A DNA stretch of 64,000 bases. Source: Okamejei kenojei (Eukaryota). Position numbers and translations under genes: made by a program. This document shows positions 13,432 to 26,820 of the stretch, piece after piece. Position 1 is the stretch's first letter. Each line of letters begins with the position of its first letter. Where the stretch lies: positions 37,200,001 to 37,264,000 of the forward strand of contig CM069150.1 of NCBI GenBank assembly GCA_035221665.1, given 5' to 3'. The notes below the pieces were generated by a model. That model had not been told where the DNA came from. It saw nothing but the letters and a program-made list of their open reading frames with translations, and did not search any database.

Positions 13432-15335
13432 TGTTTTAGAAGGAACTGCAGATGCTGGAAAATCGAAGGTAAACAAAAATGCTGGAGAAACTCAACGGGT
13501 GAGGCAGCATATATGGAGCGAAGGAAATGGGCAACGTTTCGGGTCGAGACCCTTCAGACTGATGTGAGGGTGGAGGGGGGGGCAGGAAGAAGAAAGGAAG
13601 AAGCGGAGACAGTGGGCTGAGGCAGAGCTGAGAAAGGGAGGGGAAAGCAGGGACTACCTGAAATTAGAGAAGTCAATGTTCATACCGCTGGGGTGTAAAC
13701 TGCCCAAGCGAAATATGGGATGCTGCTCCTCCAATTTATGGTGGTCCTCACTCTGGCCATGGAGGAGGCCCAGGACAGAAAGGTCGGATTCGGAATGGGA
13801 GGGGGAGTTGAAGTGCTGAGCCACCGGGAGATCAGGTAGGTTAATGCGAACCGAGCGGAGGTGTTGGGCGAAGTGATCGGCAAGCCTACGCTTGGTCTCA
13901 CCGATGTAGAGCAGCTGACACCTAGAGCAGCGGATTCAATAGATGAGGTTGGAAGAGGTGCAGGTGAATCTCTGCCTCACCTGGAAAGATTGCTTGGGTC
14001 CTTGAATGGAGTCAAGGGGGGAGGTAGAGCAACAAGTGCAGCATTTCCTGCGGTTGCAAGGGAAAATGCCAGGTGAGGGGGTGGTTTGGGTGGGAAGGGA
14101 AGAATTGACCAGGGAGTTACGGAGGGAGCGGTCTCTGCGGAAAGCAGACAGGGGAGGAGATGGGAAGATGTGGCCGGTGGTGGTATCCCGTTGGAGTTGG
14201 CGAAAATGTCGGAGGATTATTTGTTGTATGTGACGGCTGGTAGGGTGGACAAGGGGGACTCTGCCCTTGTTACGAGTGGGGGGATGGGTAGTTAGAGCAG
14301 AGTTACGGGGTATAGAAGAGACCCTGGTGAGAGCCTCATCTATAGTAGAAGAGGGGAACACCCGTTCCCTGAAGAATGAGGACATCTCTGATGCCCTGGT
14401 GTGGAACACCTCATCCTGGGTGCAGATGCGGCGTAGGCGGAATAATTGGGAGTCAGGGATGGAGTCCTTACAGGAAGCAGGGTGGGAAGAAGTGTAGTCC
14501 AGATAGCCATGGGAGTCAGTGGGTTTATATATTGGATGTCGGTCAGTAGTCTATCACCTGCGATGGAGGTCTAGAAATGGTAGGGAAATGGCGGAAATGG
14601 TCCAGGTGTATTTGAGTGCCGGATGGAAGTTAGTGGTGAAATGGATGGTCAGTGAGTTGTGTGTGGGTGCAGGAGGTAGCACCAATGCAGTATTCGATGT
14701 AGCAGAGGTAGAGTTTGGGGATAGGGCCCTGGTACGCCTTGAACAAAGATTGTTCGACGTACCCTACAAAGAGGCAGGCATAGCTAGGGCCCATGCGCAT
14801 GCCCATAGCTACGCCTTGTATTTGGAGGAAATAGGAGGAGTCAAACGAAAAGTTGTTAAGGGTAAGGACCAGTTCCGTTTGGCGGAGGAGAGTATCAGTG
14901 GACGGGGATTGGTTGGTTCTCCGGTTGAGGAAGAAACGGAGGGCTTTAAAAACATCCTGGTGGAGGATGGGGGTGTAGAGTGACTGGACATCCATGATGA
15001 AGATGAGGGAATGGGGGCCTAGAAAACGGAAGTCCTGGAATAGACGAAGAGCGTGTGATGTGTCTTGAACATAGGTAGGGAGGGATTTAGCCAGGGGGTA
15101 TAGGATGGAGTCGGGGTATGTGGAAATAAGTTTGGTAGGATACGAACAGGCAGAAACAATGGGTCTGCCAGGACAGTCAGGTTTGTGGATTTTGGGGAGA
15201 AGGTAAAATCGGGCCGTGCGGGGCTGGGGAACGATGAGGGTGGAGGCTTGGGAGGGCAGGGAGCCAGAAGTGATGAAGTCAGTGATAGTGCTAGAGATGG
15301 TGGCCTGGTGCTTGTCTGTGGGGTCATGGTTGGCG
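13432..15335 (-). mobile_element. Penelope-like retroelement (RT + GIY-YIG endonuclease + pseudo-LTR), 5'-truncated and frameshifted
   Basis: RTARFYLLPKIHKPDCPGRPIVS, QIQGVAMG.RMGPSYACLF, RFTCTSSNLIY followed by a YIGETKRR-type GIY-YIG region; terminal repeat at 13432-13562 shared with many short copies. Confidence 0.92.
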
Positions 15336-15809
15336 TGTGGCCTCAGCCTTGTAGAGATCAGCACGCCAGTCTAACTAAATAGTCAGCAGAATCTAAAAGT
15401 TAAGGAGATCAAAAGGAAGTGAAGCTACGTTAGTAAAGATGATGGACTAGTAGTTCATTGCGATAATCTAAAATTGGTTGCATGATGCAATTGGATTATT
15501 AATGTGCTGTTCACACATATTTGGAAATTTGTATCATTTATGACAAGCATGGGAATAAAGGTCACTTCAGAAGCGAGCAGTGCACATCTATAATTATTCT
15601 TGTAAAATTTATTTTTTGCATTTGCGGACTGCAAATGGCATGTTGTAGGAAGTCTAGTTTAAGAATAAGTGGTTACTCTTTCAACACAGAGACAAGGAGG
15701 AATTTCTTTGGAACGTCATGAAAGTGAAATTCTCTGTCACAGCAATGCATCTTTGAAGGTGTTCAGAGCTAAGAAATATTTTTAGATTGATTGATTGAAT
15801 TGACTGAAT

Positions 15810-16075
15810 GATACAGCACGATAACATGCCCTTCTGCCCACCGAGTCCAAGCTGACTGTCGATTCACACTAGTTCTATGTTATCCCACTTTCTCATCCAC
15901 CCCCAAAACACTAAGGGCAATTTACAGTGGCCAATTAACATATATATATAAAACATTAACATATAACATTTTGGGTCGGGCCCCGTGCTCGGCGTAGCAG
16001 TCTGGAGAAGGGTCCCGACCCGAAAAGCAAGATTCCAGCATCTGCAGCGCAGTTGCTTGTGTCTTCTTTGGTACA
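15810..16075. mobile_element. V-SINE 3' fragment (-) followed by a Penelope pLTR fragment
   Basis: CACACTAGTTCTATGTTATCCCACTTTC (SINE tail), then CTGGAGAAGGGTCCCGACCCGAAA...CAGCATCTGCAG. Confidence 0.65.
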
Positions 16076-16321
16076 ATATTTCTGCGTTACTTGGCCCAGT
16101 TACATTTCATTTACATCTTTATAAAAGTGACCTTTTCTTTGGAATGTTCTGCTGGTAATCTGCTGCAGTTGTTGCAGTCTGGCTGAAAAGGTTGCAATGG
16201 TTTCCCTATTCATACTTTAAAAAAATAAATAAATTGTAAGCACTGATTGAAAAGATTTTCTTTCTCTGGCTGAATGGTAGGTTGAATTTATTTGCCATAA
16301 AGGTAATGCACAGAACAGTGA

Positions 16322-16501
<180 letters not shown>

Positions 16502-17199
16502 TGAATACAAGGTACATTTAAACTGGGATTTAAACCAAAAAAGAGCTTTCTCTGACTGTTTGTAAGAAACTGTGACCAAAGTTGCAAGAACAGAACACCC
16601 TATGATTTGGTATTGACAGGCTGCATCACATAGATGGATGATAAGAATATCCCTTTTCGGAAATAGAAATGTTATATTGTGACCGTAATGCCAGAAGAAT
16701 CTAAGGAATGCAACAAGGCCACTTAGCCGCTCGAGGTCATCAATCCACTGTAGTTCCATCTGGTGTTTTTATGGTGCTGTAATTAGTCCCTCTCTGCAAT
16801 TGCATCTGATTCAACCCAAAGCACAGCTCTCTTCACAAGTCTGCTCTAGATTTGGGCAATAATTTTATAACCAAAATATGAAAAATGCTCTTTTAAAATT
16901 ATTTTTTGTTTCATTATTCACTGGACAAAATCTTAGCCTCTTCCTTTTGTTAATTTAATTTGTGTGTTCTTAAATAATTTCTTATATTCTCTTATACAGT
17001 CTGGAATTACCTTAAATTATCAGTTTTTCTTTAATGTGCTGATGGCACACTAATGTAAAAGTGCTCTTGAAGGTGACCCTTTCTTATTTTATATCACTAC
17101 AATCAGAAGGCCATTGCTTTATTGTTTCAAATTTATTAAGTCTCAGAGACCATGCATTTTGGTTAAGTGAGCTAACTTTTCAGAGGTCATTCAGTGTTT

Positions 17200-17335
17200 C
17201 CAGTTGCCTGCCATCTTAATTCTCCACTGACTTATCTGCGGATGGCTTCCTGCACTGCTATAACAGTGTATTCTTGAGGAGCGGCACTTAATCTTCCATC
17301 TGGGCATCTTGCGGCCTTCCAGACTCATTATTTTT
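17200..17335 (+). mobile_element. Decayed Penelope endonuclease C-terminal fragment
   Basis: LEERHLIFHLGILRPSRL resembles the C-terminus of the 13.4-15.3 kb element. Confidence 0.5.
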
Positions 17336-17576
17336 CTGTGTTGTGAAAGCTGTTTCTTTCACCCTTTCACCCACAAAGACTTGAAAAGATGAAAAGTAAA
17401 ATTTGCAGGCCTTGTGGAAGGAGGGCGCAGATAATATAGCATACCGAGTGTAACAGAAAGCAATGGATTAACGGAGCAGGGGACTAAAAATAACACTCGT
17501 GATGAATCGGATGTGTGAGTGTTTGACTTAGATCAGGTGGAGAAAGCTGAATCTGGAACTGTCTTTTCCATATGTC

Positions 17577-17805
17577 CATAAGACATAAGAGCAGTATTAG
17601 GTCATTCGGCCCATTGAATCTACTCCATCATTCGATCAAGGCAGATTTATTTTTTCCTCATAACCCCATTCTCCTGTCTTGTCCCTGTAACCTTTGACAC
17701 CCTTGCTAATCAAGAACCTATCACCCTCCGCTTTAAAAATACCAAATGACATGCCCTCCATAGCCACCTGTGGCAATTAATTCCACGGATTCACCACCCT
17801 CTGAA
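17577..17805 (-). mobile_element. CR1 3' end
   Basis: CATAAGACATAAGAGCAG...ATTCGGCCCATTGA...ATTCCACGGATTCACCACCCTCTG. Confidence 0.8.
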
Positions 17806-17899
17806 TGGTGTGATTTGAATACAGGATTTCATTTTGCGTGAACCTTTGGCAGCTGCTTTGTAAAGAAATTTTATTTCTTAAGCTGCTGCTACCATTATC

Positions 17900-18589
17900 A
17901 GTTGGAGGAGGGGGGAAGAGGAGGAGGGGGGGGGGGGAGAGGGGGAGAGGAGGAGGAGGGGGGGAGAGGAGGAGGGGGGGAGAGGAGGCAGGGAGCAGAT
18001 AGCGGTGCGGGCGTCAACCAAAGGGTTGCGAGTTCAGCGGCTTCAATCCAGAGCCGGCGGGGGTCGTCACAGGGGAGGGCTGGTTCCCGAACGCAATACT
18101 CCCTCGCTCCCGGCTCCCGGTTGCAAGCTCCAGGCTGCAGGCTCCAAGTACGGCGGGGAGTGGTCGAGGGGGCGACATCAATCGCAGAGCGTGGAACGCA
18201 GTGCAAGCCTCGCGAAGCAGATCCATTGCAACATCATCAGTGAAAGAGCCGGTTTATTTTCAGAGTTATTTCAGATTTGTGAACATAACACTAATCACCC
18301 CTTCACCCCCCACATACACTAACCACCCCCCTTGATATTATATTAATATTATTAATTAGCTCCTTATACCCCATCCCTGCCCTATCCACTCACACTTAGC
18401 CCCCAACTCGCAGGAGCGTTTAGAGAGGAAGAGTGAGGGGAGGGGGCAGAGACAGAGAGAGTGGGGTAGGGACAGAAAGAGAGGGGCAGAGAGAGAGGGG
18501 CAGAGACAGAGAGGGGGGGGGGGGGAAGAGAGAGGAGAGAGGGTGGGAGGAAATGGGGGGAGAGGAGGAGGGGGAGAGGAGGAGGGGGA

Positions 18590-18644
<55 letters not shown>

Positions 18645-19125
18645 ACGCACACGCACACGCACGCACACGTGATACGGATACTAGACCTTACACTAGACTC
18701 CTTTAACCCTATCCACTGACGCATGGCCCCCAACTTGCAGGTGCGTCCAGAAAGGGAGGGGGGGACGGAGAGGGAGAGGAGAGGGGGTGTAGAGGCGGGC
18801 GTGGTGGTGGGGCTGGGGAGCGGGCGTCAACCAAAGGACTCCGAGTCCGGCGGAAGGGGGGGTGGTGTCATTCGGAGAGCATGGAATACAACGCAAGCCG
18901 TGGGCAGCAGACCCATTATGACATCATCAGCGAGACCATCTAGTTTATTTTCAAAGTTTTATGGGATTTGTGAACATTTTCATAAATAACTCGAGAAATA
19001 AAGGATGAATTTTTCAGATAAGGCGATTTTAGATTCCATGAGGAAAATCTCTACCGGAATATGCAAAGATTTTACCGTAAGCGCGTTGTTTTTTCGCGAA
19101 GATGTGATTATACACAAACAAATAA

Positions 19126-19166
<41 letters not shown>

Positions 19167-19192
19167 CAAGATCAGTTTTATAGTTATATATG
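17900..19192 (+). mobile_element. Non-autonomous Helitron/Helentron-like (HINE/DINE-type) element with internal repeats and microsatellites
   Basis: Duplicated modules GGGCGTCAACCAAAGG...CATCATCAG...GATTTGTGAACAT (~18009-18286 and ~18822-18977) and CCCTATCCACT...GCCCCCAACT.GCAGG; internal ACTAGAC; ends (CA)n-TCCAAGATCAGTTTTATAGTTATATA. Confidence 0.5.
18591..18669. repeat. Compound microsatellite (AC)n-(GCACAC)n after a ~170-bp purine tract
   Basis: Direct reading. Confidence 0.95.
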
Positions 19193-20159
19193 GATATGGA
19201 TGGATGATATGAACCTAAGTAATGACTGACATTTGATTTTGTATTGAAGAACTGCACACAACTTCTGAATAGCATGTACTCAAGCAATCCCCAATTTAAA
19301 AGTAATTTTGATACTAATTTTGAAGAGAGAAGAAATGTTCCTTTGCCACTACTTTATCCTTTTTATATCGGTGTGTTTGGAAACTGGAATGTAATGCTGA
19401 AACCTCCTGGTTTAAATTAAATTATTGGAACTTTCAATATTCATTTTTTTAATCTACTCTTTCCCACAAAGATAAAAACTAAAAAGAATTTTTATTTTCA
19501 TATTAGATATTGGTTTTTACCCCAGCATAACTAATATTAATAATAGTTTACTGATTTCATAAGAAGACATAACATAACTGTACATGGTAGAATTAGGACT
19601 ACATGGAATAAATCCATCTGTAAACCATGCTTCCAATTAATGTTCCTCTTTGAAAACACTCACATACAAACAAGATGCACCCCTGCTTTTTGGAATGATT
19701 CCTGTCATTCCAAAAAATTAAATTATACATCTCTTAAGTACATTTAGTATCCAATTGTATCTGAACAAACATAAGTGAACAAGAGTAGCACATGTAACCT
19801 TTCACTGTTGTCTGCACTTCAATTCAATATTTTGAATTATATTTGCAGTTGTCCAAGTAAACTAAATCTCTTGTAACATATTGTTATTAAACAGCTTTTC
19901 TAAATTTAATCCCCTTACGCCCCCACAATAGAAGGGGCATTTTTTGATTGATAAAGGTGCTTGTTTAATTTACTATTGTACTACACCGAAGTACAATTAA
20001 AATTTCCCACCACAGTTATGAGTTTTTTTCTTTCCTCAGCCTCTGTACTGAGTAGTTTCTTTCCACCAATGCTTTCAGCCTGTCTGAATTCACTTTGTGG
20101 CAGCTATTCTAAGATACTGCCCTCCTATCCTGTTTCTCCTCAAAACTGAAAGGCTGCAT

Positions 20160-20440
20160 CACAAGCAACATCCTGGTGAATTTCCTTTGCATTCTTTCCA
20201 GTGCGATCACATCCTTCCTATTGTATGACGAGTCAATGCATTTTACGGAATGCCAGATGTGGCCTAACTAATGTTTTATAAACATATTATAACTTCTCTA
20301 CTCTTATATTCTATGTTCCGGCTATTGCTGGTAGGTATCCCGGTAAATGTGCTGAAATCTTCAGGAATCGTTGGACAAATATACCAAGATCCTTCTGTTC
20401 TTCAATACTCTCTCGGGCACTACCTTTCATTGTGTAGGTC
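20160..20440 (-). mobile_element. Degraded CR1 fragment
   Basis: GCAACATCCTGGTGAATTTCCTTTGCATTCTTTCCAGTG...GTGGCCTAACTAATGTTTTATA. Confidence 0.65.
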
Positions 20441-21566
20441 TTTGATACCCGTCACAAACCTCATTTTTTTTCCACTGATTCCATCCATCTTCCTGCCTAA
20501 AGTGAAAGTTTGCACGTTAGTGTCATGCTGGATTCCAAGACGAACTTTGTCATCGCCTCTTCAACATTTGTAACATCTTTTGATTCTAACTTTGTGTCAG
20601 CTCAACTGCTACTGAAATCTAATTAACATCGGACTTGACGTTTCCAGTGAACTTTTGGCTGACCTTCCTCTTGCTCCTTTGGCTAAACCAAAATTCTGCA
20701 GCCTATGTTCGCACCTACTGTATTTGCTGTAATAATGCCAACTAAGTGCTATTTAGTTGGCATCCAGCTAAGTAACACATCACTGTTAAAATTTGCATCC
20801 TTTTATTCAAAACCCTACATTTTCTCACCGTTCTTTATTGTTATAATTTCACTGAGATAGACACACAATGGCATTTTTATTTTTTATTATTTTGTGCCTA
20901 ACTGATTTAAACCAGCATCTGCAGTTCTTTCCTGCACATCAAGTCACTGAGGTAACTGCACACTTCCAATTCTGACCGTTGCATGCCATCATTATCTAAA
21001 TGTTCTGTTTTTTAATCAGAAACTTAAAGTTGTATTTCAACTTTATGAAACAAAATCTTGTAATACTAAATCCCGAGATATTAGGTAAAGAAGGGAAGCT
21101 GACATTTTCTTTCCAAAGATTTGTTATGAACTTTTTACAGATAACCACATAGTAAAAAGATGAACTTGAAAGCGCCTTCTTATAGTATACAGAGAGATTC
21201 ATTTCATAGAACAGTGTAAGAATAATGTAAGAATATTTATTAATCCACTTGATATGTATGGATATCATTCAGTTTTCTATCTTAAAGGAAAGATTTGACC
21301 ACTGTTGAAATGTTGACTTATTGCTAACTTTATTTCTAAATCTTTTCAGTGAATTCTATTGCAAAAAATGCACCTTTTTCTCTGAGCAACAACTGACACA
21401 TTCAAAGCAATGCCACGAAAGATCTTTGGGAAAAGCACAAAATTGCCTTCAACTTCCCAGTATTTTCAGCAGAATGAGCTCTTTAGAAACAGTCCGACTG
21501 TAAAATATGACTCACAATTAGAATTTTGGAAGCTGTTGTTTAAATTATTGTTCACTGTTTTCACAG

Positions 21567-21600
21567 GTACTCAGACCACGAGCAAGGAAACTGGGATTAG
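21567..21600 (+). CDS. DPM1: DPM1 coding exon 3 (34 bp): VLRPRARKLGL(G)
   Basis: ttttcacAG acceptor, GTAAGA donor; matches human LLRPREKKLGLG. Confidence 0.96.
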
Positions 21601-22739
21601 GTAAGAGCTATGAATGCATGCAAGCTATTTTAAGTGGCAATTTGTGTTTTAAGTTTTGTAAATGATCTATGTTGAAAACATTTATTGAAAATTAAACTTT
21701 TTGTTTACTATTTTGGCACTCTAAATATCACGACCATTTCTAATGCTCAGAATCCGTCTGCACTCTGAATCTGTTTAGGCAGAACCTCTTGTTATTTTCA
21801 TGTCAGGCAGTGAGGTGTAAATTTTGGATTTTCGAACTAACTGTCCAAAGACGAGACAAATAATCTGGAGAACTGATGCTTTTTTTTGGAAGTGAAGCTT
21901 TTTTATTGATGCCCTCTGGAGTCTTGCATGTGAATCTTAACTGTCCTCTTGAGCAGCCTAGCAACATAATCAGGAACGAATAAAAAGTGAAGCTATTCAG
22001 AGTCGCACCTTGTATGTTTTTATGCGATTCTGAATAGCTACATAACCTCTCCAAATTAATAATATTATTTATTTTGTCTTTTCTAAATACTGTGTAGAGT
22101 ACATTTGCCTGGAACTCCAGTACATCCGAATACATCTACAACAGAGACACAGTATTGAGTGTCAAACACCATTTAAGAAGTCTGAAAACTTATTTGCGCA
22201 GAATCAAGGACTTGGGCAGAACTGACTGATCATTACACATTTTTGGCACTGAAAATATGTTGCCCAATGCTCTTTCCTGACGTTGTGAAACTGGGCTGGG
22301 GGTTGGGCAACCCTAAGCATTAATTGTGTTGTGTCTGTGGAGGGGGGAGGACATTGGAGCTGGCCACTTGGTAGGGGCAGAGGGGAGGGTGGAAGGACTA
22401 ACATTATGTTTTATATTAGGGAGGCAAATGGTAGAAGATTGGGATTTGTAGGAAGAGGTATGTCATGGGGAGAAAAAGATGCTGGTGGGAACGATTGGGA
22501 TTAGTACCAGCCGAAATAGAAGGAATAGGCCATCAATGGCATTGCCAACAGTCAGATCATGCTGGAAGTAATTTGAACGCAATGTCAACAAGATGAGCTT
22601 AGAAGACAGAAATCAGAGCTTTCACTGTGGTGGTCAAGATGCTGCGATAAAATTCATATTCCTTTTAACATGCTTTTTCCATTAGAATTTCTAGTTCAGC
22701 AGACCAAATCTGATAGAGAGGACAAAACACAAACTATTG

Positions 22740-23048
22740 CAACATTGGCACAGTTGATAGAGCTACTGCCTCACAGCGACAGAGACCTGGGTTCTATCCC
22801 GACCTTGGCCGCTGTCTGTGTGGAATTTGCATGTTGTCCCTATAACCGTGTGGGTTTCCTCTGGATGCTCTGGTTTCCTGCCACATCCCAAAAATGTGCA
22901 GGTTTGTAGGTTAATTAGCCTCAGTAAATTGTCCCTAGAGTGTAGGGAATGGATGGGAAAGTGGGATAACATGGATCTGGTGTGAACAGATGTTCAATGG
23001 TCAGCGAGGACTAGGTGGGCCAAACAGTTTCCATGCTTGCTCTCTAAA
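22740..23048 (+). mobile_element. Near full-length tRNA-derived V-SINE (HE1-like)
   Basis: tRNA-like head (TGGCACAGTTGATAGAGC...GGGTTCTATCCC), V-domain TTTGCATGTT.TCCC...GTGGGTTTCCTCTGGATGCTCTGGTTTCCT, CR1-like tail GGTGGGCC...GTTTCCATGCT. Confidence 0.88.
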
Positions 23049-23481
23049 CAACCTATCTTGCTTGTTAAGTAATTGCTTCCTCTTATTATAATAGTATGCT
23101 TTCAGTTAGTTATTACATGATACATCTTCAAAGACTTCATAAAGTGATTTTAAGAAAAACTATAGATTACAGTGGTGCTCTACAGTTCAATGTGAGAACA
23201 AAGGTATTTTCAGAACTGACATCAAAATTATGATCCTAGAAATGTTGGCTATATATTGGTTTGATGTTTCCCTAACAAAATACTTAAATTGTAAAATGTT
23301 CTCTTACATTTCTCTAATTACATCAAAATAAATTTCAAAATATATTTTGTTTCCGTGACCGATCCTGTAAAGCTAGTTGAAAATCAACTTTTTGCACTAA
23401 GCTGTTATTTTGAGTACTTTACTTATAAAGATGCCAATGAAAGTCAACAAATAATTTTTGCTGAATGTAATATCTGTGTGA

Positions 23482-23655
<174 letters not shown>

Positions 23656-23664
23656 TAATTTCAG

Positions 23665-23690
23665 CCAAAGTTTATCCTTGAGTTCATAAA
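23665..23690 (+). CDS. DPM1: DPM1 coding exon 5 (26 bp): PKFILEFI(K)
   Basis: tttcAG acceptor and GTAAGT donor after a 90-bp intron; phase fits both neighbouring exons. Confidence 0.95.
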
Positions 23691-23751
23691 GTAAGTATTC
23701 TTTGTTTTATGTGTACGCATGTGTATGTGTGTGCGCGCACGCGTGCGCGTG

Positions 23752-23855
23752 CCTGACCTGGGGTAGTGTCCAGAAGCTAGCCCAGAACAGACAGGAGTGG
23801 AGGACCTTTGTTGCTGCCCTACATGCCAGGAAGCATAATAGGCAGTAAGTAAGTA
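23752..23855 (+). mobile_element. RTE-clade LINE 3' end with (TAAG)n tail
   Basis: WGSVQKLAQNRQEWRTFVAALHARKHNRQ-stop followed by TAAGTAAGTA. Confidence 0.7.
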
Positions 23856-23904
23856 TATATTACACACAAATATGTGTGTGTGTGTGTATATGTATATACA
23901 CACA

Positions 23905-24040
23905 CATGCACTGAACTTTATTTTCCCTCATTTATTATATTGTTTACAGTGTACTACATTTACGTATTTTGTTGTGCTGCTGCAAATAAGAATTTCATTC
24001 TTCTATCTGGGACATATGACAGTAAAACAACCTTGGCTCC
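23905..24040 (+). mobile_element. LINE 3'UTR fragment (Rex1/L2-type)
   Basis: ACTGAACTTT...AAGAATTTCATT...CATATGACAGTAAAAC-type tail. Confidence 0.45.
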
Positions 24041-24964
24041 CGACTATTTTCCTTATGTTTCCAAATATTACTTATCCTTATTGCCTGTTGCATAACTGAT
24101 ATATCCTCAGAAATTGGTCATTGGGCAAAGCATAACAGACAATTTTTTTTCATTCTGGTATCAATCCTTTCTTTATTATATCAGTGTGATTTTTGTGTCT
24201 ATGATTTTAATTTTACCATTTTTATGACTTGAAACAATTATAAAAAGAGACAGGACATAGAGTAAAGCTAGGCACGGCATAAATATTTGCCCTGATTAAT
24301 TCAAATGGTGTCCCATGTGCACATTCAGCACAAACTTTCATTGTATAACATTCCTCTACCCAAGCAAAAGTGGTACATTGCATTTTTGTCCTGTCAGATC
24401 ATGTTTGTATAGTTACGCAATATTCTATATCATTATAATAATATTACAATTAAGTATTTGTAATTATGAGCCTACTCCTATATATATGCTCTCTAAACTA
24501 AATTTGGTATTGCCTGAAATCTAAAATTACTCAAATTATGAATGTGTGAATACAAATTTTTCTTGGTAAATTGTTCCTATTAATTACAAAGCTATGCAAT
24601 TAATGTTTTTTTTATTGTTGTTCTTTAATTGTCATGTAATTCTCCAAAGCTTTCTTCCAAGAACATAAATAAAAGGCATTTCCTTTGCCTCTTCACAACA
24701 GCTGGGGGAGGTGATTACTTTTTCTCCCCCAAAATTGGGAATGCTTTTCCAGATAGCTGTAGATGCAACTGTTTTAGTTTTATGAACAACATGGTGAGCC
24801 TCCTACCCTTGAAAGTATAATTATGAGCCTTATTTATGTCTAGCCATATCACATGGATTCATCAGGGCTACACAAACCTGCCACTATGAGGCAAGCAGAA
24901 TTAATGGCAGTAGATAGCAAGTGTTGTTTGTTGTTCTCTTTATGTGTCAGTACAAATAGCAATA

Positions 24965-25390
24965 GAATCATAGAGTGATACAGCATGAAATCAGCGCAAG
25001 TCGTCTGCTGACCAGGTTTAATGAACTAGTCTAATTTGCCTGTGTTTAACCCTTTTCCCACTAAACCTTACCGATTCATATACCTGTTTAAATATTTTTA
25101 ATCATCACCATTGCACCCTTCCTCTGACAGCTCGTTCCCTTGCATGAAGAAATTGTCCCTCATGTTAAACCTGTGCCTTCTAGTTCTGGACTCTATGCTG
25201 GGATAAAAACTATCACCAATCACTCTATTTGTGCCTCATTATGTATAACTCTTTAAGGTCAACCATCAGCCCCCAATGCCCCAAGGAAAAAAGTCCCAGC
25301 CTATCCAGCCTCTCCTTATAATGGAAGCTCTCATACCCTAGCAACATCCTGGTGAATCTTTTCTGTATGGTTTCCAGCTTAGTGACATCA
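24965..25390 (-). mobile_element. Degraded CR1 3' fragment
   Basis: AATCATAGAGTGATACAGCATG...CCCAGCCTATCCAGCCTCTCC...GCAACATCCTGGTGAATC. Confidence 0.7.
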
Positions 25391-25849
25391 AATGTTAGCA
25401 CTCAGCACCTCAATGAAACCTTCAATCTATCCATACTCAATCTTGGTCATGATTGGAAACCTATCTGTGTAATTGAGAGAACTGCACAAATCTAAATAGC
25501 AGCAAATATTTCAGATTAATCATCGAATGAGATGAAATCTTTAATCACTTTGGGCTGACATTTTTTTTAACCACACTGCCCTGACAAATGTAAAGATAAA
25601 TTCTCATGAAACCTGAATCAATGGCATGGTGGACTATCTGCAGCTGATTTAACCAACAGTTGATAGGTCTGTAAAATAGTAAGTTATCATTGTCAAGTGG
25701 AATATTTGAAACTCTTCAACTCTTACATGCTTCAATTTATTAGTACTAAATTCAGGGAAGAACTGCTTTTAAATTATATGAATACATTGTCTACGCTATT
25801 GTACTATTTTGACTTACAATGAAGGGTAGGTTAGATTCATATAAACATG

Positions 25850-26150
25850 GGAAGGTACAGCATGCACAGGCACACTTAGTCTATGTCTATCATCAAGAAC
25901 CCATTTTTACAGTATTCCAACATTAACCCCTTTTACTCTCCACATGTTCTCATTAACTTTCCTCCCCAATTCTCCAACTTATCTACACATTCGGGGGAAT
26001 TCAAAGTGTCCAATTAACACAGTTTTGAGATGTGGGAGGAAACCAGAGTTTCTGGAGAAAACCTACACAGTCATAGGGTGTTTGTCCACACAGATGTCAC
26101 TGTAGGTCAGGATTGAACTAATGTTGTTGGTGCTGTGAGCAGGAGCTCAC
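25850..26150 (-). mobile_element. V-SINE, degraded
   Basis: TGTGGGAGGAAACCAGAG...GGAGAAAACCTACACAGTCA...GGTCAGGATTGAAC. Confidence 0.7.
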
Positions 26151-26619
26151 ATATAGGAGAAAATCCCAAAATGTTGTTTTTTGATGGATTTGGATTTGCT
26201 TTCCAACATATTTTCTGTGGATGTTATCTTAATTGAATCTCCTTGATTATTAAATTATCTCTTTGTTATGTATGCAGTAAATATATGGCTGATTTGGTTT
26301 ATGCTTATCATGTCATAACTTAGCTAACTGGAAAAGGGTGCAGTCATATTTCGTTTCAAATTTGAAAATATGGTTTATTTTAGACATAGTTCTATCCAGC
26401 AGAAATGGGCCCTTCGGCCCAAATCATCCATACTCACCCAGGTTGCAAGTTTTCTTCTACTTATAGTGCAAAATCAATCTTCAATGTTGTAATTATCATA
26501 CTAATAATTACATTTTAAATTAATATTTAGTTATTCAAATTTATATTTACTTTAGTATAATTTCAAAACATATCTTTGGTAGAAGTGAGGTTATAGGTTT
26601 CGAAACTTAAGGACACTAA

Positions 26620-26820
<201 letters not shown>

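Noticed and set aside
17898-18989. Many overlapping Gly/Pro/Cys-Val-rich ORFs and CpG-island appearance
   Set aside because: Translations of microsatellites and purine tracts within a repeat element; not a promoter or gene.
22740-22815. tRNA-like A/B boxes
   Set aside because: Head of a V-SINE, contiguous with the V-domain; no intact cloverleaf.
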